Positions 46,988 to 52,510 of a stretch of 52,510 nt of DNA are shown piece after piece. A program made the translations under genes and the position numbers. The notes under the pieces were generated by a model. That model saw only the letters and a list, made by a program, of their open reading frames with translations, ran no database searches and was not told the origin of the DNA. Position 1 is the stretch's first letter, and each line of letters opens with the position of its first letter. The DNA is taken from positions 1 to 52,510 of IMG/VR virus record IMGVR_UViG_3300033067_002302; one strand, written 5' to 3'. The stretch comes from a virus (Duplodnaviria; Caudoviricetes).

Positions 46988-47266
46988 ATGGCGACGAATC
47001 TCGAGAAGGTGCTGACGCTGGGCGTCTGCGAGGCATGCGGCGGCGAAGCGCGCCGGCCGGTGCTGGGCCTCTACTGCTTCGAGCTGCGGACCTACACGGA
47101 GGCCTCGGTCCCGTGCGAGGCGTGCGGAGGCCTTGGCGCGGTCGAGGCTCTCGCGGGCTTCGAGCCCGACGAGGCGCCCCCGTCCGACGACGCCCCGGTG
47201 CACCTCGATTCGGACCGCTTCGGCTTCGTGTCGGCGGCCGTCTCGTTCACGCGGAGGGCGGCGTGA
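46988..47266 (+). CDS. hypothetical zinc-finger protein
   Basis: CEACGG twice; first gene after the early promoter. Confidence 0.65.
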   Translation: MATNLEKVLTLGVCEACGGEARRPVLGLYCFELRTYTEASVPCEACGGLGAVEALAGFEPDEAPPSDDAPVHLDSDRFGFVSAAVSFTRRAA

Positions 47267-47484
47267 TGTCGGCCGTCATCGTCACGGCGCCCATGCATCC
47301 CTCGGAGCCGTCGCTGTCGGACGTGCTCGCCTGCCTCGGCTGGCGCCACGAGCCCGGCAATCCGAACCGACAGGGGCGCATCGTCCACACCGCCGACGGC
47401 GAGTGCCTCGGCCAGATCACCGCGAACGAGACGTGGGGAATCCTGCGCGAGCGCGGCCTCGTGACGACGACGGAGGTTGCGTGA
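47266..47484 (+). CDS. hypothetical protein
   Basis: TGATG coupling, GGAGG RBS. Confidence 0.6.
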   Translation: MSAVIVTAPMHPSEPSLSDVLACLGWRHEPGNPNRQGRIVHTADGECLGQITANETWGILRERGLVTTTEVA

Positions 47485-47795
47485 TGCGCGGCTACGCCAA
47501 CCAGGCCTGCCCGGAGGTCGCTCCGGTGCCGGGCGAAGAGCGCGAGATCGCTGGCGTGCGCTGCGTGTTCGGCCGCCCTGGCTACGGCATGCGCTACATC
47601 GGCAACGGCATCACGCGCACGGTAGCCGCCGGCCAGGTCGGCTCCGAGTGGACGGTCTCGCTCATCGATGACCACCCCGAGGGCGGCATCGCGACGGGCT
47701 ACGGCGTCGGCGCGACGATCGAGGACGCCGCGGAGGACGCGGAGCAGCACCTCGCAGCGAATGCGGCAGCGCCGCGGATGGCGAGGGCGTCGTGA
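47484..47795 (+). CDS. hypothetical protein
   Basis: TGATG coupling, GGAGG RBS. Confidence 0.6.
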   Translation: MRGYANQACPEVAPVPGEEREIAGVRCVFGRPGYGMRYIGNGITRTVAAGQVGSEWTVSLIDDHPEGGIATGYGVGATIEDAAEDAEQHLAANAAAPRMARAS

Positions 47796-48118
47796 GCGTC
47801 GCTCTCGATCTCGCGACGATGTCGCCCACCGAGGTGCAGGACTACCTCGTGCGCCTGGCGATGGAGGCGTACGACCGCACGTACGCGGACCGTCACGAGG
47901 GCGGCCCAGGCATCCAGCAGATCCGCTCCGAGCGCCGCCGCGCGTTCGAGCGTGAGGTGCGCGAGCGCATGGCGCAGGCGGCGGGCGCGGTGGTGCTCAC
48001 CATCGCGTCGCTCACGCCCGACGAGCCCGAGGCCGACGACGAGCCGGGCGACATCGACGGTGATGATGCGGGCGCGCTCGCGTCTGCGGGCCTCGGCACC
48101 GACGAGGACTACGCATGA
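47792..48118 (+). CDS. hypothetical protein with acidic C-terminus
   Basis: GTGA coupling; ends LASAGLGTDEDYA. Confidence 0.65.
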   Translation: MSVALDLATMSPTEVQDYLVRLAMEAYDRTYADRHEGGPGIQQIRSERRRAFEREVRERMAQAAGAVVLTIASLTPDEPEADDEPGDIDGDDAGALASAGLGTDEDYA

Positions 48119-48321
48119 GCACCATCGGCATCTGCGCGCGCTGCGGCGCGTCTCTCAACGACGACGGTTCTCGCACGTGCTCGTGCGGTTCATCGAGCCT
48201 CTCGACCTTCGCGCTCGTGGCGCTCGGTGCGGCGGCGCGCGCCGGTTCCGAGCAGCGCGACATCACCGGCTCGGATCTCATCGCGGCGCGCGAGCTGCTC
48301 TCTCCGCAGGTGCAGGCATGA
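48115..48321 (+). CDS. small hypothetical zinc-ribbon protein
   Basis: CARC...CSCG; ATGA coupling. Confidence 0.5.
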   Translation: MSTIGICARCGASLNDDGSRTCSCGSSSLSTFALVALGAAARAGSEQRDITGSDLIAARELLSPQVQA

Positions 48322-49073
48322 CGACGAACGACGACTCTCTCTCTCTCGACCACGCCACCGTCGCAGAGCAGCTCTCTCGCCTCACGCCGTGGGATCTGCC
48401 GTTCGTCGTCTTCGACGTGGAGACGACGGGGCTCGTGCACACGCGTCCCGACGCGGACGAGTCCACGCCGCTCGATCGCGTGGTCGAGCTCGCCGCGATC
48501 CGCTTCGACGCGGGCGAGGTCACTGCTCGCGTGCACGCCCGGCTGAATCCGGGGCGCCCCATCCCGGCCGAGGCCACTGCGATTCACGGCATCGGCGATG
48601 CGGATGTGCAGGAAGCGCCTGCGTTCTCCGAGGTGTGGCCGCAGATCGTCGCGCTCTACGACTCGCCGTTCGTCTCGACCGTTGCGTACAACGCAGAGTT
48701 CGATCGCGCGTTCGCGCGCGTCGAGGTCGCCACCGCCTCTCTCGACGTGAAGCCGCTCGGCCTGCGTCGCCCCTGGATCGACCCGCTCGTCTTCGTGCGG
48801 AAGTTCGATCGGTTCGTGAAGGGCTCCGGACGACACAAGCTCGGCGCTACATGCGCGCGTCGTGGCGTTGCGCTCGACAACGCGCACTCGGCCGAGGCTG
48901 ACGCGATCGCGGCTGGCAAGCTGTGGATCGCGATGAAGCGCGAGGTGTGCGCGCTGATGCGCGGCGCCGTGAACGTCACCTCGGTGCTGCGCATGCAGTC
49001 CGCGCTCGCCGAGGCGCAGGAACGTGACTTCGCCGCCTACAAGGCGCGCATGGCTGCGAAGGGAGCGGCCTGA
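48318..49073 (+). CDS. DnaQ-like (DEDDh) 3'-5' exonuclease
   Basis: FDVETTG, IHGI, AYNAEFD, AHSAEADA. Confidence 0.93.
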   Translation: MTTNDDSLSLDHATVAEQLSRLTPWDLPFVVFDVETTGLVHTRPDADESTPLDRVVELAAIRFDAGEVTARVHARLNPGRPIPAEATAIHGIGDADVQEAPAFSEVWPQIVALYDSPFVSTVAYNAEFDRAFARVEVATASLDVKPLGLRRPWIDPLVFVRKFDRFVKGSGRHKLGATCARRGVALDNAHSAEADAIAAGKLWIAMKREVCALMRGAVNVTSVLRMQSALAEAQERDFAAYKARMAAKGAA

Positions 49074-49999
49074 TGCTCACCACCGACACACGCGAAGAGC
49101 GGCCGTACCTGACCCTCTGCGACTCGCACGATCGCGCGAAGTGGCTCGCGATGCGTCGCAGCGGCATCGGCGCGAGCGAGGCAGCGATCGTCATCGGCGA
49201 GCACTCGCGCCATTCGCTCTCGCACCTGGTCGCCGAGAAGCGTGGCCTACTCGGAGACGACGAGGAGACCAAGGAGTTCCTCGAGTGGGGCCTGCGCCTC
49301 GAGCCGGTGATGATCGATGCGTACTCGTCGGCTCGGTACGCAGGCCGCCAGTCGCAACGCGCCGGCGAACTGCTCCGCTCCATCGCGTATCCGTGGGCGC
49401 TCGCGACGCTCGACGCGTGGACCACGCATCCCGTTCACGGACTGATCCCGCTCGAGCTCAAGACGACCGACTGGGGTCGTGACGCGTGGGAGCACGGGCC
49501 GCCTCCCGACTTCTGGTGGCAATGCCAGTGGCAGATGCTCGTGACCGATGCGCCGTGCGCGTCGATCGCGTGCCTGCTCGGTCCGCATCGGCTGGTGTGG
49601 GCCGACGTGGAGCGCGACGAGGCCGCGATTCGCCGCCTCATCATCCACGGACGCGAGGCGTGGGAGCTGATCACGAGCGGCCGTGAGCCTCCCGGCCCGT
49701 ACGACGATCAGGCCTTTCGTGCGCTCTGGCCGCATGACGACGGATCGACCGTCGAGCTCGACGAGTCGTTCGGGCAGCTCGACGCGGAACGCGAGGAACT
49801 GCGCGCGGTCGCGAAGACGGCCGAGACTCGCATCGACCAGATCGACGCGCTCATCAAGGAGGCCCTGCGCAACGCGTCGTTCGGCGTGCTGCCCGGCGGG
49901 CGCGTGAAGTTCTCTCTCAAGACGGTGGAGCGCAAGGAGTACGTCGCGAAGGCGACGAGCTACCGGACGCTGCGCAGGCACGAAACGAAGGAAGGGTGA
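49073..49999 (+). CDS. yqaJ: YqaJ-like viral recombination exonuclease
   Basis: WLAMRRSGIGASE, WG..LE, ATLD, LELKT, QCQWQM. Confidence 0.93.
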   Translation: MLTTDTREERPYLTLCDSHDRAKWLAMRRSGIGASEAAIVIGEHSRHSLSHLVAEKRGLLGDDEETKEFLEWGLRLEPVMIDAYSSARYAGRQSQRAGELLRSIAYPWALATLDAWTTHPVHGLIPLELKTTDWGRDAWEHGPPPDFWWQCQWQMLVTDAPCASIACLLGPHRLVWADVERDEAAIRRLIIHGREAWELITSGREPPGPYDDQAFRALWPHDDGSTVELDESFGQLDAEREELRAVAKTAETRIDQIDALIKEALRNASFGVLPGGRVKFSLKTVERKEYVAKATSYRTLRRHETKEG

Positions 50000-51006
50000 T
50001 CGAGATGGCGAACGTTCAGACCAACGGCAACGGACAGATCCAGAAGCGCGAGGCCAGCGGGGTGGCGAAGCAGCGAGAAGAGCACCCGCTGATCAGCCTG
50101 CTCTCGTCGAAGGGCATGCAGGCGCAGATCGCGGCGGCGCTCCCGAAGCACGTCACGGCAGAGCGGATGGCGCGCGTGGCGCTCACGGCGCTCCGCACGA
50201 CGCGCGACCTCGACAAGTGCACCACGCCGAGCTTCCTCGCGTGCGTGATGCAGGCAGCGCAGCTCGGTCTCGAGGTCAACACGCCGCTTGGGCACTCGTG
50301 GCTCATCCCGCGCAAGGCCAAGGGGCTCAAGCCAGATCAGCGCGAGTGCACGCTCATGATCGGCTATCAGGGCCTCATCGATCTCGCGCGTCGCTCGGGG
50401 CAGGTGCTCGGCATCTGGGCGTTCCCCGTGTACCAGGGTGACGCGTTCAAGGTGGCCTACGGCCTGCACCCGAGCGTCGAGCACGAGCCTCGGTTCGAAG
50501 CGGCGCGGATCGCATCGAAGGGCCAGAACAACACGCTCAGGTACGTGTACGCGGCAGCGCGCCTGCGCGACAACGACGATCCGGTGTTCGTCGTGCTCAC
50601 GTGGAGCGAGGTCGATGGCTACCGCAAGCGCGGCGCGTCGGGGCAGGGCTTCTCGACGCCGTGGGACACCGACTACGAGGCGATGGCGCTCAAGACAGCG
50701 GTGCGACGCCTCTATCGCTGGCTGCCGAAGAGCATCGAGATGGCGCGCGCGCAGGCGATGGACGAGGCGTCGGAGCTCGGCCTGGGTCAGACGTTCGATC
50801 CGGTCATCAGCGACACCATCGAGCGCGGCGGAGGCCTCGAGCTGACGGAGGGGATGCCGGCGGAGACGCTCGACACGGCCGACGTGCCCGAGAGCGCGCA
50901 GCACGCACAGCACATCGACCAGAGCGGTCGCCCCGGCAGCTCGCCCGGCACCACGCGCAGCTACGACCCGTCGGAGCAGGACGCTCCGCCGCACGACGAC
51001 GAGTGA
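49996..51006 (+). CDS. recT: RecT-family ssDNA annealing recombinase
   Basis: SFLAC..QAAQLGLE, IGYQGLIDLARRSG, PW.TDYEAMALKT.VRRL..WLP.SIE. Confidence 0.95.
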   Translation: MIEMANVQTNGNGQIQKREASGVAKQREEHPLISLLSSKGMQAQIAAALPKHVTAERMARVALTALRTTRDLDKCTTPSFLACVMQAAQLGLEVNTPLGHSWLIPRKAKGLKPDQRECTLMIGYQGLIDLARRSGQVLGIWAFPVYQGDAFKVAYGLHPSVEHEPRFEAARIASKGQNNTLRYVYAAARLRDNDDPVFVVLTWSEVDGYRKRGASGQGFSTPWDTDYEAMALKTAVRRLYRWLPKSIEMARAQAMDEASELGLGQTFDPVISDTIERGGGLELTEGMPAETLDTADVPESAQHAQHIDQSGRPGSSPGTTRSYDPSEQDAPPHDDE

Positions 51007-51013
51007 GGCGATG

Positions 51014-51209
51014 GACGCGGGCCCGCGCCCGCGTCGTGGGCTCGTCGGGCCGCTGCGCGCTCAGGTCTGGGAGCGCGGCGAGCACCACCCGTCACGCCGC
51101 CGCCGAATGGTCGGAGGCGCCGAGACGGCCGACGAGCGCACGACGGGTGCGCGATCTCGCAATCCCCGCGTGCGGCTCCCTCGCCCGGAGTCCCTCCCCA
51201 CCGCACGCG
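51014..51209 (+). ncRNA. putative structured RNA leader upstream of the pentamer array
   Basis: Stems GACGCGGGC/GCCCGCGTC (51014-51035), GCGCAC/GTGCGC (51136-51152), CGCGTGCGG/CCGCACGCG (51167-51209). Confidence 0.4.
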
Positions 51210-51220
51210 TGTTCTCCAAC

Positions 51221-51305
51221 ACCGCTTCGCACCGCAACGCTCCGCCCGGCAGCGCGCCGCCCCTCACCGCAACGTTCCGCTCCGCATCGCTTCTCACTTC
51301 ATCGA
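51221..51305 (+). repeat. pentamer array (NN-CGC)n, putative guide RNA of a Cas7-like system
   Basis: ACCGC TTCGC ACCGC AACGC TCCGC CCGGC AGCGC GCCGC CCCTC ACCGC AACGT TCCGC TCCGC ATCGC TTCTC ACTTC ATCGA; 11 of the first 14 units end in CGC. Confidence 0.85.
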
Positions 51306-51347
51306 CCTGACCGATCAGCAACCACGCACGAAAGAAAGCAGGACCAA

Positions 51348-51938
51348 GTGAACACTCTCACCCTCAAGATCACCGGAACCGCCCCCATTCTCCTCAACAA
51401 CGCCCGTCTCGTGAACAAGCTCGATCCGATGTCGAAGGCACTCGCCATCGCCGTCTCGAAGATGAAGAAGGACAAGACCGACGAGGCCGTCATGCAGGCG
51501 GCGCGCATCGAGTGGGAGGCCGGGCTCTACATGGACCCGAAGCACGGCCCGGTGATCCCCGGCCTGAACGTCCAGCGCGCGATCGTGGAAGGCGCGCGGC
51601 AGACGAAGAACGGCAAGAGCGTGGAGCGCGGCGTGCGCATCACGGAGATCTCGCTTCCGCTCAAGTACAAGGGGCCGCGCGAGGTGGACGCGATGTGGGA
51701 CGATGGTCGCTTCGTCGATCAGCGTTCGTGTGGAGTGGTCGGCCGTCGCGTCATCCGCACGCGTCCGGTGTTCCCCGAGTGGTCGGTGGAGGCCACGTTC
51801 GTGTTCGATCCGGAGCAGATCGACCGCGACACGCTGATCGAGGCGGCGCGCACGGCCGGCACGCGGATCGGCATCGGCAACTTCCGGCCCGACTGCGGCG
51901 GCATCTTCGGCACGTTCGACGTGGACGTGGTGGCGTGA
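51348..51938 (+). CDS. stand-alone Cas7/RAMP-like protein (196 aa)
   Basis: N-terminal strand LKITGTAPILL, PVIPG.N...AI.EGA, RTRPVFPEW, C-terminal G-loop GIGNFRPDCGGIFGTFDV; AGGA RBS. Confidence 0.75.
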   Translation: MNTLTLKITGTAPILLNNARLVNKLDPMSKALAIAVSKMKKDKTDEAVMQAARIEWEAGLYMDPKHGPVIPGLNVQRAIVEGARQTKNGKSVERGVRITEISLPLKYKGPREVDAMWDDGRFVDQRSCGVVGRRVIRTRPVFPEWSVEATFVFDPEQIDRDTLIEAARTAGTRIGIGNFRPDCGGIFGTFDVDVVA

Positions 51939-52483
51939 TGTTCGACGACCCGATCTCGTCGGAGGAGGAGTCGCGGGAGACGACTGCTGACCCTGGGCCG
52001 GCCGAGATGCCGGGATGGGATCGAGTCCTCGCCGACTTCGACAAGGAAGGCTTCAAGCCGGGAGACGTGGTGTCGGACGCGTGGATCTCCCACCACCTCC
52101 GCATCACGGCGCCTGGCGACCTCCCGTTGGGCATCACTCCACGCGAAGCGATCAGCGCTCGCGACAGGTGGCAGCGCACGTGCACGGCGTTCGTGGAGCG
52201 CGTGCGCTCTGACCGGAAGGTCCACATGTCGAGCGTGGCCGATGGCTACGTCGTGCTCGACGACCGCGCCGTGGGTGACCACGAGATGCGGAAGTTCACG
52301 AGCGCGCTCGTCGCGCACTCGGAGCGCACCGCACAGCGCCTCGACCTGGTGAAGACGGAGGCGCTCTCGCAGGAAGAGCGCGATCGCCTCGTGCATCAGA
52401 AGCAAGTGCTCGCGCTCTTCCAGCGCACCGCACTGCCCAAGTTCCGCAAGAGCATCGGCTCGGGCTCCGGCTCGAATGGATAG
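51938..52483 (+). CDS. hypothetical protein coupled to the Cas7-like gene
   Basis: TGATG overlap; 181 aa, helical C-terminus. Confidence 0.7.
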   Translation: MFDDPISSEEESRETTADPGPAEMPGWDRVLADFDKEGFKPGDVVSDAWISHHLRITAPGDLPLGITPREAISARDRWQRTCTAFVERVRSDRKVHMSSVADGYVVLDDRAVGDHEMRKFTSALVAHSERTAQRLDLVKTEALSQEERDRLVHQKQVLALFQRTALPKFRKSIGSGSGSNG

Positions 52484-52510
52484 CTCTTGTCGCCGCTCCG
52501 CATCGCGCCG
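52484..52510 (+). repeat. start of a second NN-CGC array, truncated by the window end
   Basis: ...GC CGC TC CGC AT CGC GC CG; CGCTCCGCATCGC is identical to 51278-51290. Confidence 0.6.

Larger units (their letters stand above)
1..52510. mobile_element. Tailed bacteriophage (Caudoviricetes, myovirus morphotype with Mu-like tail), near-complete genome or prophage segment
   Basis: Complete head, contractile tail, packaging, replication and recombination modules in co-oriented, tightly overlapping operons; no host housekeeping genes. Confidence 0.95.

Noticed and set aside
51221-51305. Canonical CRISPR array
   Set aside because: No 25-45-nt direct repeats with spacers here or seen elsewhere in the window
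51011-51310. 99-aa ORF spanning the leader and pentamer array (and the long 50601 start for the Cas7-like ORF)
   Set aside because: Low-complexity Arg/Pro/Ser translation and a 5-nt rather than 3-nt periodicity; the Cas7-like gene has its own RBS and GTG at 51348

Overview
The window is almost all of a very GC-rich tailed phage (myovirus) genome, cut open within its early operon. The minus strand (about 4.0-45.3 kb) carries Cro, middle and replication genes, terminases, portal, scaffold and capsid. It continues with a Mu-like contractile tail (sheath, tube, gpN/gp44-48-like baseplate), fibres, a beta-helix tailspike, putative lysis genes and a second fibre module. The plus strand (47.0-52.5 kb and 0-4 kb) carries early genes including a DnaQ-like exonuclease, YqaJ and RecT. 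I see no integrase and no CI-like repressor. The standout feature lies directly after recT: a structured leader, a non-coding array of 5-nt units (variable NN plus constant CGC, 51221-51305), and a stand-alone Cas7/RAMP-like gene with a C-terminal glycine-rich loop (51348-51938). These are followed by a coupled unknown gene and the start of a second NN-CGC array, cut off by the window end. This looks like a phage-encoded RNA-guided system without CRISPR arrays. It resembles my recollection of VIPR-type systems but uses a CGC rather than GGY constant motif. All product calls come from motifs and gene order read by eye; no database searches were run.
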